64,000 bases of DNA from Octopus sinensis (Eukaryota): the NCBI RefSeq assembly GCF_006345805.1, contig NC_043000.1, forward strand, positions 36,332,001 to 36,396,000, given 5' to 3'. The position numbers and the translations under genes were made by a program. Shown piece after piece: positions 53,225 to 64,000 of the stretch. The number at the start of each line of letters is the position of its first letter. Positions within the stretch are counted from its first letter, which is position 1. The notes below the pieces were generated by a model. It was not told where the DNA came from, made no database searches, and saw nothing but the letters and a program-made list of their open reading frames with translations.

Positions 53225-53815
53225 GAAATAAATCCCTTTAATTTATCGAAAAGGAAATACCCGGGACCTTCAACTTCATGAATTCAAAAACCATACTAGT
53301 CAAAAGACATTATCCCTCTTCATTAATGAATGATGGGATAAAGCATGGTAAGAGAACGGATACCCAGACACTAAGAAAAATAAAACGAAATAACACATAC
53401 AATATGAAAGTACTACTCTATATTTCTAACCAGAATCCTAGAAATAACAAAGCATATAATCACATTATTCAGAATTTACCCATGCTTATTAGTGATCCTA
53501 AAATGAACCACATTCTTCTCATGCACAAATTCATCAGAATAAAATGAACAACCAAAATCTTTAAAGAGAATCCCGAGATGGGAAAAGTTATTGCCAACAA
53601 CAAAGGGGCCAAGTGTTAAAAAATGCAGGAGACCTAAGTGTGTAACATGTCTCAACCTTCTGCAAGGTTCAGAATTCCACTTTAAACAATGACAAATATT
53701 CAAAAACAAGGTCTCAGATTACCTGTGCATCCGGAAACTTAATCTGTCATAACTTGTTCGTCGTATGGACACAACTATATAGGTCAAACAAGAATATCTC
53801 TCTCACGAACGTTTT
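53225..53815 (+). mobile_element. Penelope-like fragment (RT-EN linker, start of GIY-YIG)
   Basis: KKCRRPKCVTCLNLLQGSEFHFKQ; homologous to 40600-41130. Confidence 0.75.
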
Positions 53816-53844
53816 GACCAGTTTTCTGTTGCATGTATAGACTT

Positions 53845-54340
53845 TGGTTTGACCATCAGCATAAATAAGTGGGAAGGAATTCACAAATCTTGTCCAAATT
53901 CTAAACAAATTCTTCAAGATGTCAAACAAAGGCCACCGGTTAACAATTTTCCTGACACTCCTATACAGGTTGATGAGAAAAGCCTAAGTTATGTGAAGCC
54001 ATTTACACATCTTGGTAGTAAAGTGAATTTGAGCGCTTCTTTTGATGATGAAATCGTTAACCGTCTTGTAAAAGTAGCCAATGCATTTGGCAAACTCCGT
54101 CATCGCCTATGGAATGAAAGGAGCATCAAAGCTGACACCAAAGTACAAGTCTATAAAGCAGCCATTCTTACTATTCTCTTGTATAGCTTAGAATTGTAGA
54201 TAACCTATAGACGACACATTAACCAACTAGACCTCTTCCACAAAGACTGTCTGAGGAGAATATGCGGTTAATCACTAAAAGACAGAATTTCTAATGCCAA
54301 CTTGTTTAGCAAATGTAAGATTGATAGAATCGAGAGCTTC
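53845..54340 (+). mobile_element. RTE (BovB-like) LINE RT C-terminal fragment
   Basis: FGLTISINK, FTHLGS, DDEIVNRLVKVANAFGKLRHRLW, TKVQVYKAAILTILLY, CLRRI. Confidence 0.88.
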
Positions 54341-54489
54341 TTTCAGCTTCCGTCTACCAAATCCACTTACAAGGCTTTGGTCAGCCCGAGGCTATAGTAG
54401 AAGACACTTGTCCAAGGTGCCACACACACACACATACACACATACACACACATGCATATATACATACATACATACATACATACATACAT

Positions 54490-54568
<79 letters not shown>

Positions 54569-54575
<7 letters not shown>

Positions 54576-54702
54576 TTTATAGAAGGAGCTTCTACAGGAC
54601 TAGAACTGTTTCATTCAAAAGAAATCATCAGGAAGCTTCCTAATGATTTCTTTTGAATGAAACAGTTCTAGTCCTGTAGAAGCTCCTTCTATAAAATAAA
54701 TA
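54569..54702. repeat. 134-bp palindrome with no spacer, centred on AAGCTT
   Basis: Arms 54569-54635 and 54636-54702; a single mismatch (54629 versus 54642). Confidence 0.97.
54587..54637 (-). ncRNA. Type I hammerhead ribozyme motif inside the palindrome
   Basis: Minus AGCUUC-CUGAUGA-UUUC(UUUU)GAAU-GAAA-CAG(UUCUAGUC)CUG-UA/GAAGCU; 6-bp stem I, 4-bp stem III; atypical U.U at the base of stem II. Confidence 0.6.
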
Positions 54703-54766
54703 AATTTACTCTGCTATGTATTGAGTACCTTATTTACTGTGGTTAACTCCGACTCAACCCGGGACC

Positions 54767-54829
<63 letters not shown>

Positions 54830-56274
54830 GCACACACACATGCATATACTTAAGTGCGTTGCGTCCTAATAGAAAAACAGGTATAAGATAATGAAGTTGT
54901 TGACAATTACTTATTCTTTTTCCATTTTAATTTCTTTGAAGTCATCCTATAGATTTAACTGTATAATTTCATGCGCACATGACCCTCTCACACACAAACC
55001 CACCATATACTGATGTACTGACGTAATATGCTGCTGACGTAATTTCCTACCATTATTTATTGTATGTATTTTTTTCCAATGTAAACAACGACACCCGCCT
55101 TGTTTTTATTGTTCGATGCATATTTCATTATTACAGCGTCGGAGAAGATCACTGAACACATTAATGTTGTTGTAGCTGTTATTTTTGTGCCTGTTAACCC
55201 CGAGTCTGCCTTGATCAAACAGATTTATAAGCAAATACTTCTAAAGCCCTGACCGCCTTTGTTAAACGTCGACTCCGGAATGGGTTTTATCCGTAATCTC
55301 AGTTGGCCAGGCTTCGGAATCAAGGCTGAAAGTGTTATAACGGCTGCTTCTGATTAGGTCCATATGGCGGAGGTACCTGAGGACTCTATCCCCATGTGTC
55401 TCCCGAGAATAGTGGCCAGAGAGACTAGATGGATCCTCTATAATGTGTGTAGCAATTATATAACCCTGGCAGAACATATCTCAATTTTAAAAACGTACGG
55501 CATGGTTTCATTTTTTAGCTGCTATTTCTCGCAAGTCAAGTGATTTTATTCTTCATCGCTCCGTTTGAAAGCTTGTAGGCTATTATACTTTGGCGTTGTT
55601 CTCATCGCCTTTCCAATAATTATTTTTCGTTCTATGCCGATATCCATCCTCACCGATCGAAACCGTATAGTGCTTGTTGCTGTGGTAGATCCATTTCTGG
55701 AAAGTGTGATAATCCGTCTGGATTAATGGAATTAGCAAACTCTGTTAATATTGATTTCAAATTTTGACACAAGGCCAGCAATTTCGTAACTGGTTGTCGC
55801 TCAGCAGGTATCTTTTAAGGCGATATCAAAGGCATAACAGTAATTCTTTCTACCATACAGTCATGATCTGATATTTTGGTGGGAAGGGGGCTTATTGATT
55901 ACATTGACACCGAATCCACTGGTGCTTAATTTATCGATCCTGACTGGATGAAATACAAAGTGGACCTCAATGGAATTGGAATTCATAGCATAACAACGAA
56001 TGAAATGTCGCTAAGCATTTTGGTCGGTGGGCTCAAGATTTTGCCAGCCCACCGCCTTAGAGCTGAGCAGAAGATGAAAGAAAATGCAAATCAATCGAAA
56101 AACAATAATAATAATCCTTTCTACTGAACACACAAAGCCTGAATTTTGTGGGGAGGGGACTAATCGATTAGATCGACCCCAGTGTTCAATTAGTACTTAA
56201 TTTATCGACACCAAACGGAGGAAAAGGGTAAAAATATAGGACATGATATATAGCAATTGTAGAATTATTTCCAC

Positions 56275-56450
56275 TTGCCCAGATATTATTGATGAAGGCA
56301 TCAAAACAAGATCTGTCTGCATACAGATAAGACAAAACCATCGGATAAAAAAATTTACCTAACAAAGAATATGATAAGCTTGAAATTGAAATAAGTAGGA
56401 TGTGGCACATGAAGACAGAAACAAGACCAATTCTGACTGAAGGACCAGGG
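56275..56450 (+). mobile_element. RLE LINE endonuclease remnant
   Basis: PDII...KEYDKLEIEISRMWHMKTE. Confidence 0.65.
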
Positions 56451-56596
56451 GTCGGTCACTAAAAATATAACATCCGAAAAGATGACAGGCAAAGTCGACC
56501 TCGATGGAATTTGAACTCAGAACGTTAAGAGAGACGAAATGCTGCTAAGCATTTTGTCCGGCGTGCTAATGACTCTGGCAGCTCACCGCTTTCAAA

Positions 56597-56853
56597 GGAA
56601 TAATAATAATAATGATAATAATGATAATAATAATGATAATAATTATAACAACAACAGTAATAATAATAATAACAACAACAGTAATAATAATAATAACAAC
56701 AGTAATAATAATAATAATAACAACAACAACAACAATAAAAACAACAATAATAATAACAACAACAACAGTAATAATAACAATAGCAATAATAATAATAATA
56801 ATAATAATAATAGTAATAATAATACCAATAACAACAACTACAACAACAACAAC

Positions 56854-56921
<68 letters not shown>

Positions 56922-56922
56922 C
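56597..56922. repeat. (AAT/AAC)n microsatellite
   Basis: Direct reading. Confidence 0.97.
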
Positions 56923-57299
56923 AGATGGGGGATCTAGATATTTTCATTCGAAAAGTATGCAATTTTTAAAAGACAATAAAAAATCTGAAAATTGGCTATA
57001 ATGATAAAGTTTTCCAGACTAATTGCTATGAAAGTATGATGTTGTGGAGAAAAAAAAAATGGAGGAAAAAGTTACAGAGTTTTAATAATCGAAAAATTGA
57101 GTATTTATAGGAAGACAGAAATTTTCTGCGTTCAGGTTGTACCCTGTGAAATTTATAGTTTAGCGTCTGTGAAATATCCTCTTGGTTGTAGTGTCCTAAA
57201 TAAACAGAAATACCTAATGTCATTGTAGGTTTCTAAATAAAAGGAAATACCCAATAAAATCGACATGTAGCATCCTACTGGGAGGTGGCACGTCTCTCT

Positions 57300-57575
57300 C
57301 CACCCTTACTTTCCTTTTCAATTTGAAACTTTAAAAAGTCGATGAGAGTTTGGCCGAAGTGGAAGGTGTCTTTCCTCAATTCTTTCAGCCTCGTTCACCC
57401 AACAACTTCTTTCGCCATAGCCACTTGACCGAGGAATACCGCCTGTCTTGCTTCGTTGAAGGTAGGGGCAATCCTAACGATGGATTTAGTCGAGAGTCAG
57501 CTTCGAGCTATACGCGATAACAGCTGTTCGACATAATGCCACAAGTCAGAAATACTCGGACCCTGAACATTGTTT
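57300..57575 (-). mobile_element. Probable L1/Tx1-like LINE ORF2 C-terminal remnant
   Basis: Minus DLWHYVEQLLSRI*LSTKSIVRI...AVFLGQVAMAKEVVG*TRLK...LIDFLKF; family call from recall. Confidence 0.45.
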
Positions 57576-58059
57576 CTAAAAGGGGTAAAAAACCTATAAT
57601 TTGATTGGGCTCGAGGATTACATCGACCCTAATCCCGAATCCTCGACTGCAGAGGGTTCATAAAACAAAGTTGGCTTTAACTGATCTCGGCTGGATTTGA
57701 ACTCCAAACCTCAATAGACTGAATGTAATTCGTTTCTTCCAGTTCTCTAATGATTTTGCCGACAAAACGCAAATAATGATCCTCACCCCGCTTTTTTATT
57801 TTAAATGATAATGATAATAATGCTGATGCTGATGATGTAGATATTCGTAATTCTTTCCAATTTTGGAACAGGGCAGAGGTGGGGAAGTGAGTTGATTACA
57901 TTGACCCCGTTGCTTCGTTAGTACTTTATTTTAGCAACCCCAAAAGGAAGAAAGGTAAAGTGGAGGTCGGTGGTATTTGAACTCAGAACGTAAAGTGTCT
58001 GAATGAAGTGACCCTAACTATTCTATCCGACGTGTTCACGATTCTACCCGCTCGAGTAT

Positions 58060-58696
58060 CAGTAGCAGCAGTAGTAGTAGGGGCAGTAGTAGTATCAGAA
58101 GCAGCAGCAGCAGTAATAGTAGTAGTGTTAGTACAATAACAATGATATTAAGATCATCATCATCATCAGCAGTAGTAGTAGTAGTAGTAGTACAGTAACA
58201 ATGATAGTAAAATCATCATCATCGTCCTCATCCTCATCATCAGTAGCAGAGGTAGTAATAGTGGTAGTAGTAGCATCACCAGCATCATCCTTATGAGCAG
58301 TAGTAGAAGCAGCAGCAGTAGTGGTAGTGGTAGTAATAGTACATAAGTAATATCTTCATCATCATCAATATTATCATCATCATCAACAGCAGCAAAAGTA
58401 GTAGTAGTGGTAGTAGTAGTAGTAGTAGGTGAACAAGTCGCACTTTTACTAAAAACAAAGGCCCTCCTCCTCCTCCTCCTCCTCCTCTCCTCCTCCTCCT
58501 CCTCCTCTTCCTCCGACCTACTTATCCACCATGATTATATCGTCGTTGCTACTTCCTTTGCTCCGTCTTCCCTCTTCAGCCCTCCTCAACTATAACCACC
58601 ACCACCACCACCACCACCACCACCACCACCACCTCCACTACCACTACAACTACTACTACCACCACCACCACTACTACTACATCTACCACCACTAGC

Positions 58697-58734
<38 letters not shown>

Positions 58735-59149
58735 AAAGGCAGCTAGCGGTAGAATAAGGAAAAAAGAAGTTATGAGGTTTATTGGGAAACGTTTCATGTG
58801 TTTCTCTTTCGCTTGCAATCGACTCATCCCCTGACACGGGAGAGATGTGCTAAATCTTTTAATCCATCACACACACTAATCGTAAGATTCTCAGAAGGAG
58901 ACCGGTAAAATAAAAACAAATACAAACAAACAAACAACAACAACAACAACAATAACAACAAAGACAGCAATTTAAAACATGAACTGAAAATCCAAACAAT
59001 ACTTGAACAATAAGATCCGTAATTCCATCATAATCACCACCATCACCACCACCACCACCATCATCATCACCACCACCACCATCATCATCACCACCACCAC
59101 CATCATCATCATCACCACCACCATCATCATCACCACCACCATCATCACC

Positions 59150-59183
<34 letters not shown>

Positions 59184-59238
59184 CCGCCACCATCACCATT
59201 ATCACCATCATCACCACCATCACCACCACCACCACCAC

Positions 59239-59283
<45 letters not shown>

Positions 59284-59400
59284 TATCATCATTATCATCA
59301 TCATCCCCACCACCGCTATCGTCACCATCTCCACGACTGCAACGAACAATAAGAAGAGCAACGACAACGACGACGACGACAACAGCGACAAAAACAACAA
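58060..59400. repeat. (AGT/CAT/CCT/CAC/AAC)n compound trinucleotide field
   Basis: Direct reading. Confidence 0.93.
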
Positions 59401-59719
59401 CAAGGAAGAAAAACAATAAACGATGGATTTTTTGCAAAAGTCGATGCAGGAAATACAGGGTTTGTTGGAAGAAAGAAAGAGCGAAAAGCGCGGCAGCCAT
59501 GTTGTAGCAATTATACCGACACGCAACTTGAAGACGAACGCAATGGAGCGTCTAATATCAAATATCTTTCTGGCTTGAAGCCTAATATTCGCACACAACA
59601 TATTAATTAAACAATAAATATCAACTAATTAATAATAATGACAACAACAACAACAACAACAACAACAATAATAATAATAATGACAACAACAACAACAAAA
59701 ATAATAATAATAATGATAG

Positions 59720-59910
59720 GAACAAGGCCTGACATTTTGGGCGGGAGGAGCAGTTGATTATATTGACCCCAGTATTTCACTGGTAAGTTGTTTATCGACA
59801 CCGAAAGGCTGAAAGGCCTTGGCGGAACTTGATCTCAGAATCTATAGACGGACGAAACGCCGCTAAATTTTTCGTACGGCGTACTAACGATTCTGCCAGC
59901 TCGCCGCCTT
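59720..59910 (-). mobile_element. SINE family C
   Basis: Head TCTGCCAGCTCGCCGCC at about 59893-59909; (AAT)n-rich flanks. Confidence 0.85.
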
Positions 59911-59911
59911 C

Positions 59912-59947
<36 letters not shown>

Positions 59948-60172
59948 GTGGCTGACGATATGTGCATCTCTGATCACGAGTAGAATTAGTGGGGGAGCAT
60001 CATAGCCATGTGTTGAGAGCGATTCTTTGGGGCTTGAATAATTCACCTTTGGAAGCATAGGTGTTTCGTTCAACATCCTTAAACAATCCTTATTCAGGGA
60101 CCCTTTGAGCGGGATGGGTTACTCGACCAGAAGAAAATTCTAACTGGGCCTCACCTGCAAGGTCATGTGCTG
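59948..60172 (+). mobile_element. (AAT)n-tailed element copy, split by the CR1-like LINE (resumes at about 61066-61121)
   Basis: Matches 16190-16680; continuation TGTCGCGCACATATGGTTG after the LINE. Confidence 0.85.
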
Positions 60173-61067
60173 ATTAGTTAGTTAGTTACTTAGTTAATTT
60201 GGCTCAAAAGCAAATAGCAAGGCCATGTAGGGGGACATGGAGTTAAGTACAGGGTGGTGTTCATGTAAAGAGTTCAGGCCACTTGAGGTCCAGGGAGGCT
60301 TTGAACAAAGCGGTCGTCGGCATCTTCACCATCTCGTCTGGCAGCTTGTTCCACGGATCCGCAACCCGGACGGAGAAAGCTCCTCTCCTTCGATTGAGAT
60401 GAAATCGTCGCAGGTAGAGCTTTTCGGAATGACCCCGCAGCCGACGCTCTGGAGCAGGAGTGAAGATCAGCTCTTTCGAGAGGTTACACTTTCCGCTTAT
60501 GATGTTGTGGGCGAGAATGAGATCACCACGGCGGCGGCGTTTTTCAAGAGAATAAAGGTCGAGCGTCCTCAGCCTTTCTTCGTAGGACAAATTTTTGAGA
60601 CCATGAACCATGCGGGTAGCCAGCTTCTGGACTCTTTCGAGATGCTGTATGTCTTTGAGGAGATAAGAAGAGGCCTGAATCCCATACTCCAATATGGGTC
60701 TCACCAGCGTGACATAGAGTGGTAGGAATATGGCTGCTGTGAGCATTCCGAATGACCGTCGAATCAAGAACAGAATTCCGCGTGCTTTGTTGGCAGCATG
60801 GACGCACTGGGCCGAAGGCGAAAAGGAGGAATCCACCAAGATACCCAGGTCCTTTACCTGATCGGTCCTATCCAACAGCAGACGACCCGGCTCGAAATCA
60901 AGTTGAGTTGCAGGAGTAGAGCCGACAGGCAAATGACAGCACTTTGACACGTTCAGACACAGGTCCCAATCGTTAGACCACTTCCAAATTTGGTGGAGGC
61001 ATCGACGAAGATCCTCTATATTACCGCGAGGAGCGACCAGTTTGATATCGTCGGCAAATAGAAGGGT
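60173..61067 (-). mobile_element. 5'-truncated CR1/L2-group LINE with (TAAC)n tail
   Basis: Short 3' UTR; tail at 60173-60197; starts just before the FADD motif. Confidence 0.92.
60261..61067 (-). CDS. Uninterrupted ORF2 C-terminal RT fragment (about 268 codons, no own start)
   Basis: LLFADDIKL, LNVSKC, VKDLGILVD, LYVTLVRPILEY, LERVQKLATR, YEERLRTLDLYSLEKRRRRGDL, FSVRVADPWNKLP. Confidence 0.9.
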   Translation of the reverse strand, partial: TLLFADDIKLVAPRGNIEDLRRCLHQIWKWSNDWDLCLNVSKCCHLPVGSTPATQLDFEPGRLLLDRTDQVKDLGILVDSSFSPSAQCVHAANKARGILFLIRRSFGMLTAAIFLPLYVTLVRPILEYGIQASSYLLKDIQHLERVQKLATRMVHGLKNLSYEERLRTLDLYSLEKRRRRGDLILAHNIISGKCNLSKELIFTPAPERRLRGHSEKLYLRRFHLNRRRGAFSVRVADPWNKLPDEMVKMPTTALFKASLDLKWPELFT

Positions 61068-61080
61068 GTGTTGTCGCGCA

Positions 61081-61152
61081 CATATGGTTGCGATGTATGT
61101 GCCTAGTGTACCCTTATCAGAGTACACTAAGCACATGCATCTCAACCATATG
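61081..61152. repeat. Snap-back hairpin: 31-bp arms, 10-nt loop
   Basis: CATATGGTTGCGATGTATGTGCCTAGTGTAC / GTACACTAAGCACATGCATCTCAACCATATG; 3 mismatches. Confidence 0.88.
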
Positions 61153-62345
61153 GTAGTTTAGAATATGACAAAATCAAGGAAAGTGAAATGAAGGAAAGCT
61201 TTAGGCGAGAATATCTCAGTTAATTATGAGAATAGATTCAATGGAAAAAACAAAATCAGGGCAATGAACACATGAGCTGTTTCCTTAATGCGATACAGCG
61301 CTGGTGTTGTTAGGTGGACGAAGAACGAGCTTGAGGAATGGACAGGAAAACTAGAAAAGTAATGACACTTAACAAGGAACTACTCCCCAAAATTGATACT
61401 GACTGTCTGTATAAGCTTAGAAACAGGGGCGGAATGGGTCTCATCGGATGCAAGATCTGTGTTGAAAAGAACAGTCTGGGATGGTACATCAAACAGCAGA
61501 ATGAATCTTTACTTGCGGCTGTCAGAATTAACAATACAATACCGACCGATAATGTGATGCACCCTCAAATATTTAAGAAACAAGATGAAGAAGGAGTAAA
61601 CAACTGGAAAATGAAACCACAGCATGGGCAATACCTCAGAGAAATCGAAGGAAAAGAAAAGATCAACACTTGGAGATGGCTAAGAAAAAGTCGTCTGAAA
61701 GGATGCACTTAGGCATTGATATACAGCGCCCAGAAACCAGGTCTGAGAACTAATTATACCAAGATCCAAAGAGGAGAAGGGAATCGCCCCTTTGTAGGAT
61801 GTATGGCAGTAGAAACGAAACAATCTCATATATTGCGAGCGAGTGTAGCACGCTGGTCCTAAAGAACAAGAAAAGCAGACAAGAAAGCGTGGTTAAGTTC
61901 GTCCACTGGAGGCTATGTGCAAAGTACGACCTGAAAAGAGCACGTAAATGATACGAACATGAACAAAAAGGAACATAAGATACTGTGGGATTTTACAATC
62001 CAATGTGACACCCTAATCGAGGCTGGGAGACCAGATATTGTGGTAGATGAAACAAAAAAAAAAAAGAAACCAAGATCATAGATATTGCAATAGCTGGAGA
62101 TGCACGCAAAAGTGACAAAGAACTAGAAAAGATTGAAAAGTATAGACTACTAAAAGACGAAATTGCAAGAATGTGGACTATGAAGAGAGTATCTGTCATT
62201 CCAGTAGTAGTAGGGGTACTCAGAGCGCTAACAACCAAGTTCGAGTAATATGTCAGAGAAATCAGAATTGACATGAGAGCAGAGTAAGCCCAGAAAACTC
62301 TTCTACTGGGGGCAGCTTGGGTTTAGAGAATGGCATTTGGATATT
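61153..62345 (+). mobile_element. RLE-type LINE (R4/Dong-like): post-RT, CCHC and RLE regions, decayed
   Basis: KIRAMNT*AVSLMRYSAG, DRKTRKVMT, RGGMGL, ETISHIASEC, WDFTIQCD...RPDIVV...IIDIAIAGD...KIEKY..LKDEIARMW. Confidence 0.9.
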
Positions 62346-62439
62346 GAACGTCTCCTACGATAATTAACAACCAAGTATCAAAACTTATAATGTGCGGAAA
62401 GAGACCCTGTGAGACCTCTGATAGCGGGCTACTCTCCAC

Positions 62440-63490
62440 TTTCACAGAATCTACTAGAACAAAGAAGTCCGAGCATTCTGAGAATAAAGGAAATAACAAA
62501 TGAGATAGCTAAGATTAGCAAAGAAAATCAAACCTTCATGCTTAATTTTAGAAAACACAATACAATATGTGACAGAATTCATTTAGTGATTAACTGGCAC
62601 CGAAATTTCGCAGGCGTTTCAAAAGTGTTGCATGAAAGTTACCAGCATATTGCGGAAAAATATCCTCGTTTCTAACAGATATTTTTCAGCCGTCTATTGT
62701 AGACTTTAGACGGAATAAGACTATAAGAGAATTATTGACCTCTATTTCTGACTCCAAGAAAACGAACATTGGAGTATCTACACGCTGTACCTTAAAGAAC
62801 AGCCGCAAGAGAGGTAAGCCCTGTTCATTGTGCAACAACAGGAGTCATGTGAATTCCATCAGGAACCATAACAGAAATGTTATGATTCATACAGAAGGTG
62901 GGACATGAATTGATTCCCTTTCGGTGTGTGCGGCAGAATGCACGAAATACCACTTGATTTATGCTGGTTGTACAACAGAACAATTAAACAAAAGATTTAA
63001 TGGGCACAGATATGACGTCAGGCACAACAACTATAGTAAGACAGAACTTACCGAACATTTTTCATCAAACGGCTGCAATTTTGAAGACTTGAAAGTGCAA
63101 ATTCTCAGAAACTATTCTGAATCTGCTATACTTCACTTTCAGTACTCAAAATGCATGAGGAAAAGTATGTTTACAAGTTATTAACATCACGCCCTGGAGT
63201 GATGAATAAAATGACAGGAGAATTTCATCAAATTTAGACAAAACTGTTTAAATATTCTCCTTTTTCCTTTTCATTTTTCTTTCTTTTTTCTTTTTTTCTG
63301 TCTTTTTCTATTCACCTGTTATAAAATTGAAACTTAAAGATTGACGATGCCATTCCACCAACCTGAAGACGCTGGTTGCTCTCATTCATACTTTAGATTT
63401 GAATTTCAATAATTTTGAATATTTATCACTTTTTATTTTGAACTCGACAAAGACAGACTAGCTGTTGAAATATCGTCCAACCAATAAAAT
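62440..63490 (+). mobile_element. Penelope-like element 3' part: GIY-YIG + UTR with decayed hammerhead-like words
   Basis: CTKYHLIYAGCTTEQLNKRFNGHR; UTR has CTGAAGA (63364) and GACAG..CTGTT-GAAA-TATCG-TC (about 63453-63478). Confidence 0.8.
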
Positions 63491-63526
63491 AACTATTGCA
63501 ATCACATCACGCTCTTCGTTTTGTCT

Positions 63527-63548
63527 AATAATAATGATAATAATAATG

Positions 63549-63608
<60 letters not shown>

Positions 63609-63750
63609 TAAATGTTATGCCTGTAGTAATTGGTAATAGAGGACTGTATGTGCAGATGTAGAGAAATAGTTGAAGGAGATTGGAATAGAATATCCTGTAG
63701 AGCTTCAACAGAAAGTTTTCTCCTTAGGGACAGAAAAGATTATCAGGATG
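63527..63750 (+). mobile_element. (AAT)n directly followed by the extreme C-terminus of an RLE LINE
   Basis: VNVMPVVIG...LKEIGIEYPVELQQK...LGTEKIIR starts at about 63609. Confidence 0.7.
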
Positions 63751-64000
63751 GTCTAAAGGCCTGTGAAAGATTTTGACAGAACATGACGCCCATAAAGACT
63801 ATACTTCCAAGTCCTACTTTCATCTGGTGCGTCTATTTTACCTCTAAAAAAATGCAGTTTAACGGTACATGCTCCGTTTTGGTTACCCGTATCAAACAAT
63901 ACCTTCCTTCACCAGAAACCTCCATATGTACCTACGTGTGTATGCATGTACGTATTTATGTATGTTTACATGTAGGAATAACACTATTCTACATACATAT

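Noticed and set aside
59423-59578. 51-aa ORF MDFLQKSMQEIQGLLEERK...
   Set aside because: Short, between microsatellites, with no promoter, splice or homology evidence; within chance expectation.
60237-60807. ORFs 60237-60725 (+) and 60544-60807 (-)
   Set aside because: Antisense and alternative-frame shadows of the CR1-like RT frame.

Overview
AT-rich, repeat-saturated eukaryotic non-coding DNA. The SINE, LINE and microsatellite inventory resembles coleoid cephalopod (Octopus-like) genomes, but this assignment is from recall, not a search. No complete host gene, rRNA, genuine tRNA gene or CRISPR array is supported, and most of the ORF track is translated microsatellite. The window holds at least four tRNA-derived SINE families (some with 9-18 bp TSDs). 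It also holds fragments of RLE-type (R4/Dong-like), RTE, CR1-like, L1/Tx1-like and Penelope retroelements, plus DD37D maT, mariner and Tigger/pogo DNA transposon remnants. The most interesting observations are: (1) Penelope-type hammerhead ribozyme motifs, one locked inside a 134-bp near-perfect palindrome; (2) two loci where pieces of a donor 1.4-2.8 kb downstream were copied upstream, one direct and one inverted; (3) a dense set of fold-back/palindromic structures that would make long dsRNA; (4) apparent (TAA)n targeting by the RLE LINE; (5) a few minus-strand candidate exons/micro-exons and small regulatory islands. Coordinates of decayed elements are approximate.
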